A stretch of 64,000 nucleotides of DNA from an uncultured Solibacteraceae bacterium (GTDB lineage Bacteria > Acidobacteriota > Terriglobia > Bryobacterales > Bryobacteraceae): assembly GCA_964500255.1 (NCBI GenBank), contig CAZCPL010000001.1, positions 8,567 through 72,566 of the forward strand. The letters are read 5' to 3'. Below the pieces are notes generated by a model, which ran no database searches, was not told where the DNA came from, and was given only the letters and a program-made list of their open reading frames with translations. A program made the position numbers and the translations under genes. Each line of letters opens with the position of its first letter. Positions within the stretch are counted from its first letter, which is position 1. Positions 1-10,008 of this stretch are shown here, in pieces.

Positions 1-1006
1 AGTTATCGGGATGCAATTGCTGAGCCCGTTGAAAGTGTTTCGCGGCCAGTTCGGGCTGTGCCGTCTCGTGGAAATGGATGCCGAGCTTGAAGCTGGCCTC
101 GGCCTGCATTTCATTGTCCGGACGCGGCTTGACCCGCTTTTCGTACTCGTCGTCCGAGAGCGCATAGATGCTCGCTGAGCCCTTCTCTACCCAGTCGCGC
201 AGTGCCGCCGTGTAGGCTTCACCTTCCGTTGCGATACTTTTCGCGCCGACTTTCAGCGTCTGATTCTTCGTATAGGCTGTCTCTGGCGGACGCACCACGA
301 GACCCTTTTCATCGATCCAAACGCCCATCGGGACATTGGTCAGTTGAAAAGCAGAACTCACCGCATGTTGTTTGTCGATGAGAGTCGTATAGGTTGCCTT
401 CGCCGCATCGTACCAGGACCCGGCAGCGGCCTCGCCGCCCGTATCCTGCGCTGCCGCGATGATTTCGAAATTCAGATCTTTCAACTCTGTATACAGTTTC
501 TGCCAACCTGGCAGATCGAGACGGCATCCTCACCAACTGGCCCAAGTCACAATGAGACGCTTCTTGCCTTGCGAATCCGAGAGCTTGACGATGCGCCCCT
601 TGCGGTCGGGCACGGCAAATTCCGGCGCGACGCGCGAACGCAGATAACTTGCACGCAGAATCGGGACCTCTGTGAAACTCCAGGTGTTTCCCTCGCTGAC
701 CCAAGACTGTCCGGCACGCTTGGCAAAGCCGGTGAGGTTGATCCAATCGCCTTTGCGAACCGTCTTCGGAAGCGGAATGCAAACCTCCGCACGACACGCG
801 CCCTGCGGTTTTACCTCGAAACCATTCACTTGCGGCAGGTCGGATTTCCGAATCCACAACCCTGCGGTGTCGGTCTTGGTGGTGGCTAAAACGGTCGCGC
901 GATCGTCGAAGAGGATCGTGGTCTTTGCGGTTCCCGCTGCACGTAGCGATGTGGCAGCGATTGCCGTGAGAGCGAGCCAATCCCGGCGGTTCAGGCGTTG
1001 TTCCAT
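1..1006 (-). CDS. Selenocysteine-containing peroxiredoxin/TlpA-like (thioredoxin-fold) protein with UGC motif, Tat-like signal and TPR-like C-terminus; runs off the left window edge
   Basis: Track ORF 530..1033 stops at TGA (530-532) inside WASW*GC. The frame continues stop-free to base 1 (GCRLDLPGWQKLYTELKDLNFEIIAAAQD...NVPMGVWIDEKGLVVRPP...). ATG at 1006 follows GGGGA; N-terminus MEQRLNRRDWL. Confidence 0.88.
499..515 (-). promoter_or_regulatory. Putative bacterial SECIS hairpin
   Basis: mRNA reads UGA then 14 nt then UCUGCCA-GGU-UGGCAGA: a 7-bp stem with a G-first loop starting 21 nt after the UGA. Confidence 0.75.
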
Positions 1007-1099
1007 GTCCCCTATACCATAGCGTGCAAGCATTTGGATTGCGCCGCACCTCCTAGCCTTGGTGAATAGCAGAATCCCTCAACCGTAACGCGATAACTG

Positions 1100-2058
1100 C
1101 ATCGACCATTCGATGTGACAGCGCGAAGGGCGTCAAGCTTGGCAAGTTCACCCGTAACACCAACCCCGGCGGCGGATTCAACGCCAAACTCGTACGTTCC
1201 GAGGCATGCACCGGCAACCGCACGCCGCCCTCGGACCCCTCATATCTGCCCCATCGAGCGAAAGTTACCCCCGGCAGACCCCGCGGGTAACCGATTTGGA
1301 AGGAGATTCGGTCGCAACGTTCTCGACTCCTGTTGTCTTTAACGTGAATTTCGCGATTCTCCCACCACCGCCTCCTGATTCTTTGGAACCCGAAGAACTC
1401 ACCGGCTAGACTGATGTCGAGCGTGACCCATACGAACTCCTTGGGTTAAACAGTAGCAACGAGGTTCTTGCGCAGCGTCAATGGCTGCCTACTGGCCGGC
1501 TCCCGTCAGCGGTATCGTCATGATCCTACCTAACGGATCGTCACTTGCGATCCTCAGCGTCGCAGATGCCGCACCCGCTACCTTGGGCAGAAAAGTCACA
1601 GTGACGTCTCCGATCGCATTCGGACCCAACGTGAATGGCGTCGCCGGTCGACTGAATAGGCCATATTGTCGACGGTCATGGAACGGATAACCAACGGCGC
1701 ATTGCCCAGATTGCGGATCTCGAATGACCGCTCCGTCGTCTGGTTGATCCTTACGAAGTCCAGCGATTGCACCGAGACCACGATCCGCGGCGCGGCAGCA
1801 ACGGCGGCACCGGTTCCGGTAAGCGCAACTGTCACTGCGCCCGCAACAGCCGGCGAAAAGCGGATTTGAAGGTTCTGGGTAACGTTGGGCGGAATGGTCA
1901 ATGGGAAAGTCGTGAAGAGGACCTGGAAACACGCCGCACCTGCGCCGGCAAAGGCCGCTCCCGTTACCGTCAACCGTCAACGGATCCTGACCGCAATTGC
2001 GGATGGCCAGCGGCAAGTCTTTGGAAAGCCCTCCCCTTTGTTCAGTCTTGACAACCAA
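1100..2058 (-). pseudogene. Decayed surface protein with choice-of-anchor D/ASH (Ig-like) domains
   Basis: Fragments in alternating frames (LPLAIRNCGQDPLTV; IRFSPAVAGA; SFEIRNLGNAPLVI; ATLRIASDDP...IPLTGAG) with frameshifts and stops. Confidence 0.7.
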
Positions 2059-2110
2059 ACAATCGGCTGAAAGCCGATGGAATCAAAATTTCAAATATCT
2101 TTGGCTAGTG

Positions 2111-4399
2111 CTAGAGCCGTACGCTGCGCAAACGCAATGCATTCAAGATCACGGAAACTGAGCTGAAGCTCATTGCCGCCGCCGCAATCATAGGACTCAA
2201 CAGCAATCCAAAAAACGGGTAGAGCACACCCGCTGCGATTGGCACTCCCAGAGCGTTGTAGATGAAGGCAAAGAAAAGATTCTCTGTGATGTTGCTCATG
2301 GTTGCCCGGCTCAACAGCCGCGCACGCACTATGCCACGTAGGTCACCCTTGACAAGTGTGATGCCCGCGCTTTGCATAGCCACATCCGTCCCGGTACCCA
2401 TTGCGATGCCGACCTGCGCCTGAGCCAACGCCGGGGCATCGTTGATGCCGTCGCCAGCCATCGCCACGAAATGGCCTTGCTCCTGCATTTGTTTCACCTG
2501 CTTGCTCTTGTCTTCCGGCAGAACTTCCGCGATGATTTCGTCGATGCCCAGTTTCCGCGCCACTGCCTCTGCGGTTGTGCGGCTGTCGCCTGTCAGCATT
2601 ACGACACGAATCTTATCCTCATGCAGTTGGCGGATAGCTTCCGCGGATGTCTCCTTGATCGGATCGGTTACGCCAATGAGCCCCGCCGCCCTCCCGTCAA
2701 TCGCGACGAACATCACCGTTTGGCCGTCGGCGCGCAGTGCTTCCGCTGCCTTCAACAGCGGTTCCACCTGGACACCCGCATCCTGCATCAACTTCTGGTT
2801 ACCTAAGACGACGAGTGCGCCATCGATACGCGCTTTGACACCCTTCCCCGTGACCGATTCAAATGCTTCGGCCGAAAAAAGCTGGAATTTCCGTTCCTCC
2901 GCGCCCGCAACGATGGCTGCGGCCAGGGGATGCTCACTGGCTCGCTCCAGGCTAGCCGCAAGCCGTAGCAGGCGCTCCTCGTCGAACCCGGAAGCAGGTT
3001 GGATCGTGACCAGCTTCGGTTTCCCTTCTGTCAGCGTCCCGGTCTTGTCGACTACCAGCGTGTCCACCTTTCTCAAAAACTCAATCGCCTCGGCGTTCTT
3101 GAACAGGACACCCACGCTGGCGCCCTTACCCATCGCCACCATAATCGACATGGGCGTGGCCAGACCGAGAGCACAAGGGCAGGCAACAATCAGCACTGCC
3201 ACCGCGTTGATCAAGGCGTGGGCCATTCTCGGCGCGGGGCCGACGACAGCCCACACGACAAACGTCAACACTGCAATGCCAACCACCGCGGGCACAAAAT
3301 AGCCAGCCACCACATCCGCGAGTTTTTGTATCGGGGCTCGACTCCGTTGCGATTCCGAAACCATGCGGACAATCTGTGCCAGAAGTGTGTCAGCGCCCAC
3401 TCGATCGGCCCGCATGACCAGGGAACCCGTCCCGTTTACCGTGGCGCCAGTCACCCGGTCACCAGCCTTCTTCTCGACCGGAATCGGTTCGCCTGTGATC
3501 ATCGACTCGTCCACACTGCTTCCGCCTTCGATGACCGCCCCATCCACGGGAATCTTCTCGCCGGGCCGGACTCGGAGCCGATAACCTGCTTGCACCTGAT
3601 CCAAGGGAACATCTGCCTCGGAGCCGTCATCCTTCAGCATACGGGCGGTTTTAGGAGCCAGACCGAGCAGCGCCTGAATCGCTGCTCCAGTCTGACTACG
3701 AGCCTTCAGCTCGAGGACTTGTCCGAGCAGAACAAGCGTCACAATGACTGCTGCCGCCTCGAAGTAAACAGCAACCCCTCCAGCTTCGCTACGAAATGAG
3801 GGTGGGAATATTTCCGGCCATAGCACCGCAACAAGACTATATAAATAGGCCACCCCGGTGCCGAGGGCGATCAGTGTGAACATGTTGAGGCTGCGATTGA
3901 CAATGGACTGCCAGCCCCTGACGAAGAAGGGCCAGCCTCCCCAGAGCACTACGGGCGTCGAAAGAATGAGTTCAAACCACGTCCATGTCCGTGGCGAAGC
4001 TAGCTGGTCCAACGGATGCCCGGGAATGAACATTCCCATGGCCGAAATCAGAACGGGAATCGTTAAGGCGACTCCAGCCCAAAATCGCCGCTGCATGTAC
4101 TTGAGTTCAGGGTTCTCTTCTTCCTGCGCGGACGCAGTTCGCGGTTCTAACGCCATCCCGCAGATGGGGCAATTGCCCGGCTCCGAACGCACGATCTCGG
4201 GGTGCATCGGGCAGGTGTATTCTGTCCGCATTGCCGTTGGGACGGCACTGACTGGTTCAAGCGCCATTCCGCACTTGGGACAATTCCCGGGTCCGGATTG
4301 ACGGACCTCCGGGTGCATGGGGCATGTGTATTGCCCGGAGTCTTGCTCCGGCTTTGGCCTTTGTGCGCCGTCCGAAACTTGCAATGAAGTGCCTGTCAT
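2111..4399 (-). CDS. copA: Copper-translocating P1B-type ATPase
   Basis: Two YTCPMHP..CPxCGM N-terminal metal-binding repeats, TGE, CPC, DKTGT, HP, GDGIND, YN and MxxSS motifs. Confidence 0.95.
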   Translation of the reverse strand: MTGTSLQVSDGAQRPKPEQDSGQYTCPMHPEVRQSGPGNCPKCGMALEPVSAVPTAMRTEYTCPMHPEIVRSEPGNCPICGMALEPRTASAQEEENPELKYMQRRFWAGVALTIPVLISAMGMFIPGHPLDQLASPRTWTWFELILSTPVVLWGGWPFFVRGWQSIVNRSLNMFTLIALGTGVAYLYSLVAVLWPEIFPPSFRSEAGGVAVYFEAAAVIVTLVLLGQVLELKARSQTGAAIQALLGLAPKTARMLKDDGSEADVPLDQVQAGYRLRVRPGEKIPVDGAVIEGGSSVDESMITGEPIPVEKKAGDRVTGATVNGTGSLVMRADRVGADTLLAQIVRMVSESQRSRAPIQKLADVVAGYFVPAVVGIAVLTFVVWAVVGPAPRMAHALINAVAVLIVACPCALGLATPMSIMVAMGKGASVGVLFKNAEAIEFLRKVDTLVVDKTGTLTEGKPKLVTIQPASGFDEERLLRLAASLERASEHPLAAAIVAGAEERKFQLFSAEAFESVTGKGVKARIDGALVVLGNQKLMQDAGVQVEPLLKAAEALRADGQTVMFVAIDGRAAGLIGVTDPIKETSAEAIRQLHEDKIRVVMLTGDSRTTAEAVARKLGIDEIIAEVLPEDKSKQVKQMQEQGHFVAMAGDGINDAPALAQAQVGIAMGTGTDVAMQSAGITLVKGDLRGIVRARLLSRATMSNITENLFFAFIYNALGVPIAAGVLYPFFGLLLSPMIAAAAMSFSSVSVILNALRLRSVRL

Positions 4400-6057
4400 T
4401 TCTTTCCCTCCACTGCTCTCTCAATCTCGCGAAAAATACCGTTCGGCTCAGAGACCGCCAGCGCAGCGACCGCGTCGGCGCGCACCTGGGTGTCGGCTAC
4501 CGCGTAGATGCGGAGTTCGTCCGCGTTGCCCGACGGCCGCATATGTGCGACATCGCCGTTGTCGAACAAAACACGAACTCCATCCGTGTAGTCCACGTGG
4601 AGGATGGTTCCGAACCCCAGATCCAGTGTGAAGAAACTCGCAAGGCGCTTCTGAAGCTCTTCGAAGGCCGAATGCTGGGGACCAGGGGAGAGGAACGCCA
4701 CCATCTTCGATCCGAGCGATCTGGGAATGGGTGTCAGCAGCGCGGCGCGGCTGAAGCGTTTTGGTAGCCGGGCAAAAAGATCCACCAGCGACAGCCCGCT
4801 CTCGGCCGCTGCAAAGAGAACTCCAAGGATTGGCAAAATTGCATCTCTCGTGAGCAGTGCGTTGAGAACAGCGCCACTCCGTTCGATGTTTGAGCCCGTC
4901 AAAAAACCGCCATTGGGCTCCCAGCCACACACCCGGCCTTTTCCCGCGCGCCGCGCCGCTTCCATACCGGCGATCACGAACGGAGAACCAATACGTGTTT
5001 TTGCTTCGACTACGGACGCCAGATTGCCCCTGTCTACGGCGTCATTGCAACTGATGGGGACGACCACGGCGTCGGCCTTCAGATACTCAGCCACCACCAT
5101 CCCCACCAGATCGCCTCCGAAGAAATGCGCTTTGCCAGTTGCCGGATCCATTCCGAGAATCAGCGGCCGGTCGCTGTCGCCGTCCGTCGATACGATGGCG
5201 TGAAACGGTCCATGTTTCGAAATGGCCTCGTCGGCCAGCGCCTGAATTACGGCGAGCTGCGGCTCGCGGATATTCTCAGTGTCGATTGGAACGAAGATCG
5301 CACTGCGCCCGGTCACGATCACTTCCGCGTTCAGTCGCTCAAGGACCCTTACCAGCAGGTCCCTCCCCACGGCAGAGTGTTGATAGACCAACAGCCGCAT
5401 GCCTCCCAGAGATGAGTCCTTGAAGAAGCTTGCGAATCTCTCGACCCAAGCATCGCCGCCTTCCTCGTTCTCCGCTGGAAGATCCTGGTGGCCGGTCTTA
5501 AAGAAGCCGCGCTCATCGAATAGAGACCGATCGCGAGCCGCGCCATACAGCCGTTCGCGAACTTTCGCGACTTTTTCATGGATCGGAGCTTCCTGGTGCT
5601 TGAGCAACTCGCCCTTGCTGCTATTCGTTTTGTAACCATTTCGGTCGAATGGAATGTGGCTGCCGGTCACCATCATGCTGCCTTTGCCGCGCGCAAGTGC
5701 ATAACACGCCAAGGCGGGCGTCGGTATTGCGCCGAGGTTTGTCGCGAGCATTCCTGAATCCCGGATTGCCGCCACGATCGCCTGCGCGAGCTCTCCCCGA
5801 CCCTCAAACTCCGGCACAAAACTGTCTGAACTGGGACGCAGGTCGCGGGCAAAGAAAAACTCTTCGCCACGTACGATGCCACCTTCGGAAACATCGAGAG
5901 ACTGCAAATACTCCAGTTCCCCCAAGGCATTGATGTAGACCTCCAATTGCGTCAGATCCACTACCTTGCCCCGGCGTCCACTGGTACCGAACTCCAGTTC
6001 TCGGGCTTCGTACCGGAGACTCGATCGAAACGAGTCCAGTTGCGTCGCTACACTCAC
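4396..6057 (-). CDS. Phosphomannomutase (alpha-D-phosphohexomutase family)
   Basis: [14 protein letters not shown] (phosphoserine), DGDSDR (metal loop), GWEPNGG, RPSGN. Stop overlaps the copA start (ATGA). Confidence 0.9.
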   Translation of the reverse strand: MSVATQLDSFRSSLRYEARELEFGTSGRRGKVVDLTQLEVYINALGELEYLQSLDVSEGGIVRGEEFFFARDLRPSSDSFVPEFEGRGELAQAIVAAIRDSGMLATNLGAIPTPALACYALARGKGSMMVTGSHIPFDRNGYKTNSSKGELLKHQEAPIHEKVAKVRERLYGAARDRSLFDERGFFKTGHQDLPAENEEGGDAWVERFASFFKDSSLGGMRLLVYQHSAVGRDLLVRVLERLNAEVIVTGRSAIFVPIDTENIREPQLAVIQALADEAISKHGPFHAIVSTDGDSDRPLILGMDPATGKAHFFGGDLVGMVVAEYLKADAVVVPISCNDAVDRGNLASVVEAKTRIGSPFVIAGMEAARRAGKGRVCGWEPNGGFLTGSNIERSGAVLNALLTRDAILPILGVLFAAAESGLSLVDLFARLPKRFSRAALLTPIPRSLGSKMVAFLSPGPQHSAFEELQKRLASFFTLDLGFGTILHVDYTDGVRVLFDNGDVAHMRPSGNADELRIYAVADTQVRADAVAALAVSEPNGIFREIERAVEGKK

Positions 6058-6114
6058 GTGGGTTCCTCTCGCTGGCCTTTCTCAATTGTTTTCGATGACG
6101 TCATTCAGGTTCTC

Positions 6115-7581
6115 CTATTGCATTGCGGCCAGTACTTCGCCCAGCGGGACACTGGCGAAACGGGTGGCATAGTCGGACACGCCATACGGGATGAAAAGCT
6201 GACCGCCGTGGAGCAGCCCACCGCATGAATAGGCGACGTTTGGAACATTCCCATCCCATTCGCTTGGAATTGGTTTCAACAAAGGTTCGCGCAGGCGCCC
6301 GATCACCTTTGACGGATTCTCAAGATCCAGAAGGAACGCGCCGATCGCGTACTCTCGCACCCGGCCAACTCCGTGGCTCAAGACCAGCCAGCCCGCTTCC
6401 GTCTCGATAGGAGACCAGCAGTTGCCGATTTGAACCAACTCCCACGGAAACAAGGGCTCCAGAAGGAGTTTGGCTTCGTACCAGAAATGAACATTATCTG
6501 AGAACATCAGATAAATATTCTCAGAGTCCTGCCGCGACAGCATCGCGTACATGCCCTTAATCTTCTTCGGGAAAAGGGCCATCCCTTTGTTCTGAACCGC
6601 CGGACCATTCAGGGTCGCGAATCGAAAAAAGAGAAAGTCGGTCGTTTCGAGTAGTTGCGGAATGCCTAATTGCCCATCGAAAGCAGTGTACGTCGCGTAA
6701 TATACATGCGTTCCGTCGGGATTCTCGAAACGTACGAGCCGGGCGTCTTCGGTGCCGTTTCGCTGCGAGGGAGTCACGGGGAAAAGAACTCGTTCGGAAA
6801 GGCGCTGTTCTGGCAGGAACTGAACCGAGTAGTTGGACTTGGCCAGCATCGAAATTCGCTGCGTAGTTTGCTGCCGGTCCTTTTCCCCCGCCGCCGTTGA
6901 GGGCTCCTTCAGTTCTGCTTCGACCTTGGACGCAAGTTCTTCCGCTGTGAACGAGTCCCGCAGCCCCTGCATGACGCGACAGGTGCACTCGTTGGCCTTT
7001 CCGAGTTCGTGAAGTTTCCGGTCGAAGAGTGCCTTCTCATAGATGGCGTCGGGGATTTGGACAGGCTCCATGATAGGACCATTCGCAGTCATGACTTCGA
7101 TCCGGTGATCGGCATGGATGGTGCCCGTCCGGAAAACGATGGAGGAGATACTGCCATCTCCGGTTGCGCGCAAACTCAAGACAAATCGAAGTGCGCCAGG
7201 ATCGAGGCCTTGTTGATCGGGGTCCGCAACAATGGACGGATTGCATAGAGCAGCAGACCCAATCGAATATTCAGAGACAAAGTACGATCCGATCAATAGT
7301 TGTCGTTGCCCGGAAAGTTCCTCATCGATTGAAACTATCGCTCGTAATTGTTTAAATCGTTCGTTGAAAACCTTGCTGATCTGCCGGTGGCGTTTGGCGA
7401 ACTTGGAAGATGTCGCTTCAAGCAGCGGACCAACATCACTTTCGGCGATCGCCAGGATCCCAGCGACAATCCCCTGCAATCGATCAGGGTCGCAGGGGGT
7501 AAACGGGCGGAGGAGTCCGCGCGACTGATCGGGTCTCAGCACCTCATCTCTGCGTTCGACAATGATTGGGATGGCGTTCAT
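6115..7581 (-). CDS. GH130/PH1107-related glycosidase or glycoside phosphorylase
   Basis: NPSIV, EDAR, YYATYTAFDG, NKGMALFP, MLSRQD, HGVG, VPNVAYSCG motifs. Confidence 0.85.
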   Translation of the reverse strand: MNAIPIIVERRDEVLRPDQSRGLLRPFTPCDPDRLQGIVAGILAIAESDVGPLLEATSSKFAKRHRQISKVFNERFKQLRAIVSIDEELSGQRQLLIGSYFVSEYSIGSAALCNPSIVADPDQQGLDPGALRFVLSLRATGDGSISSIVFRTGTIHADHRIEVMTANGPIMEPVQIPDAIYEKALFDRKLHELGKANECTCRVMQGLRDSFTAEELASKVEAELKEPSTAAGEKDRQQTTQRISMLAKSNYSVQFLPEQRLSERVLFPVTPSQRNGTEDARLVRFENPDGTHVYYATYTAFDGQLGIPQLLETTDFLFFRFATLNGPAVQNKGMALFPKKIKGMYAMLSRQDSENIYLMFSDNVHFWYEAKLLLEPLFPWELVQIGNCWSPIETEAGWLVLSHGVGRVREYAIGAFLLDLENPSKVIGRLREPLLKPIPSEWDGNVPNVAYSCGGLLHGGQLFIPYGVSDYATRFASVPLGEVLAAMQ

Positions 7582-7767
7582 GTTTTAGAAATACCAGCGC
7601 AACGTTTTCCACCTTCGGATGCCGGTCTCGCGGCAAACACGTTACCTGGAAGGACGGAGTTCGAAGTCTTGGAATGCCGGTCGATTTGGACCGTGGGAAA
7701 CAGTCAGCCGAACGGCACCCATGGACGCTGGACAGTTAGGCGAGTTCACTGCGGAACTGTCGGGTTT

Positions 7768-7971
7768 TCACCCGCAGCAACCGCCGCGAGAGCTCTTCGA
7801 CTCCTTCGATCCCGCGAACTCGGTCGGGTTTTTATCGAACTTCGTCTTGCATCCCGGGGAGCAGAAGTAGTACGTCGTCCCGGTTTGTTCCGAAGAGCCG
7901 GCAGCCCGGCTGGGGTCTACCTGCATTCCGCAGACCGGATCGATTTGCGTTGTGGTTGGTGCTGTAGTCAT
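7768..7971 (-). CDS. Stand-alone YHS-domain metal-binding protein (67 aa)
   Basis: DPVCGMQV...[12 protein letters not shown] with C-terminal GGCCG; ATG at 7971 after CAGGAG. Confidence 0.88.
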   Translation of the reverse strand: MTTAPTTTQIDPVCGMQVDPSRAAGSSEQTGTTYYFCSPGCKTKFDKNPTEFAGSKESKSSRGGCCG

Positions 7972-8372
7972 GTTGATCTCCTGTATTGGTTCGCTTTGGT
8001 GAAATAGGCGCCAACGATATGCCCGCCTACTCGTTAAAATCGGGCGCAGGTGCTTCGAGTATGACGATGCACGTCGAGCGCCATTCGTGAGTGAGAATCC
8101 ACCAGGTCGCACCGACTTGGTTTTAACCTCGAGGGAAGCTAGGCAATTCTTACCTTACAGCGCTGGCAGGAAGTGATTCGAGGCACGCCCCAGGTTTGTG
8201 ACCGCATGGGGTCATCCGACCGACAGCCGTCAAGTAACCGCAAATCCCGGTTGTGCCTGGAACCCTCTAAGCCCTGAAGACACTCAAGATTCACAATGGT
8301 ACGCCTCGTGCCCCATACAGATTGACGATTAACCAATCGTAGGCAAGTTGACCGAAAGGGGAAATTACATTT

Positions 8373-8834
8373 ATGCGATCAGTTCTCACAGCGACTTCAC
8401 AAATACTACCAGTGCTCGCACTCGCCGCCGCACTCACCGCCAGCGGCGCCCTCGCACAGGACAGCCAGTCGAAAGCGGGCAAGCCGTCCAGCGCGAAGAG
8501 CGGAATGATGAGCGGAAACATGGGCGACCAATGCAAGCAGACGATGACCATGCACACCCAGATAATGGCGGAGATGAAGGCCCTGGATTCGAGCCTCGAT
8601 CAGAAGGTGGCGGCCATGAACGGGGCGAAGGGTAATGCAAAAGTTGACGCCATCGCTGCCGTCATTAACGAGATGTCAACCCAGCGTACGCAGATGAGGG
8701 CCAAGATGTCGGGTATGCAGGACCACATGGTGGCGCACATGGGCGAGCACATGGCGCAATCCGGTGCGGCAATGAAGCAGTCGATGGCGGATTGCCCGAT
8801 GATGAAGGGCATGAAGGGCATGGAACACAAATAG
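8373..8834 (+). CDS. Secreted Met/His-rich helical protein, putative Cu/Ag-binding
   Basis: Signal peptide (ALA-QD); 22 Met, 5 His and 2 Cys in 153 aa; next to YHS and copA. Confidence 0.8.
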   Translation: MRSVLTATSQILPVLALAAALTASGALAQDSQSKAGKPSSAKSGMMSGNMGDQCKQTMTMHTQIMAEMKALDSSLDQKVAAMNGAKGNAKVDAIAAVINEMSTQRTQMRAKMSGMQDHMVAHMGEHMAQSGAAMKQSMADCPMMKGMKGMEHK

Positions 8835-8923
8835 CCGACTGCGGCGGCGGCCGGTTTGACTGACGCGGCTGCCGTCATCCTCGGTCTGGTGGTTGGGACG
8901 TACCGCAACGAAGAATACCAATT

Positions 8924-9037
8924 ATGATGCACGGGATGAATGGCTGGATGGGGGGCGGGATGTGGCTTTGGACATGGATCGCCGTATTGGCGATCGTCCT
9001 GCTGGTCGTGGCGATCAGCAAGCTGTCCAAGAAGTAG
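8924..9037 (+). CDS. 37-aa single-pass membrane peptide MMHGMNGWMGGGMWLWTWIAVLAIVLLVVAISKLSKK
   Basis: Below the ORF-track cutoff. Met/His/Gly N-terminus, one TM helix and a basic tail; co-oriented with the Met-rich gene. Confidence 0.65.
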   Translation: MMHGMNGWMGGGMWLWTWIAVLAIVLLVVAISKLSKK

Positions 9038-9310
9038 TTGTGCGTTCACCACTCATTCGTTTCAAAGACACAACGCAGACGCCGCCTATCGAAGTTGTGC
9101 CATCGCTGGGCTGGTCCGCAGGGCAACGGTGATGTTTTGTGGGCCGTTGCCGGATGCGCCGCTGACCCTGGCGCACTAGTCTGCGGTCGGCAGCACAGCC
9201 CACGTCTCTTCGCCAGGAGACAAGGTGCACGACGCAGCAATCCGCCATCGCCGCCGCCAGAGCAGAGTGCTCGCTCCTTCTGGCACTGGGCGCAGCGGCC
9301 CGCGGATCAA

Positions 9311-9815
9311 GCCGCGCGCAAGTGGATAACCTGCCAGAGTGGGCGTCGGTATGGCGCCTCGGTTTATCGCGAGCATCCCTAAATCCGAATCGCCGCCATG
9401 ATCGCCTGTGCGATCTCTCCCGACCCTCAAGCTCCGGCACAAAACTGTCTGAGCTGGGACGTAGGTCCCGGGCAAAGAAAGACTCTGCGCCACGTGAGAT
9501 GCCATGCGCCGGCGTCCACTGGTATCGACCTCCAGTTCTCGGGCTTCGTACTGAGACTCGACCGAAACGAGTCCGGTTGCGTCGTTACACTCACGTGATT
9601 CATCGCACTGGCCGTTCTCAATTGTTCCCGATGACGTCATCGAGGTTTCCTATTGCATTGCGTCCGGATCTCGCTCAGCGGGACACTGGCGAATCGGGTG
9701 GCACAGTCGGACACGCCATTCGGGACGAACAACTGACCGCCGTGGAACGGCCCACCGCATGAATAGGCAACGTTTGGAACATCTCCATCCCATTCGCTTG
9801 GAATCGGTTTCAGCA
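9311..9815 (-). pseudogene. Diverged direct-repeat copy of 5686..6281 (GH130 3' end, spacer, phosphomannomutase 5' end)
   Basis: Colinear nucleotide match by eye with many substitutions, small indels and an ~85-bp internal deletion. Confidence 0.9.
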
Positions 9816-10008
9816 GAGCCAACCGTTAACCAAAGCCGAATATTTCGGAGGCGGGCTTTCCATGTGAGTGGTTTCAGTTATCTCAAATAGCAGGCCTAGG
9901 AATACACCAACGAAGCCAGCGTCGAGGGGTCAGAAGTTCCCTCGCGGCCCGGTGAGATCCTTTTTCTTTGGAGCGAAATCATACAAGCGCGGAGAGCGAG
10001 TTCGCACG

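Noticed and set aside
8832-8927. In-frame 30-codon extension after the TAG of the Met-rich gene (PTAAAAGLTDAAAVILGLVVG...)
   Set aside because: Short open stretches are expected in GC-rich DNA and the protein ends naturally at MKGMEHK.
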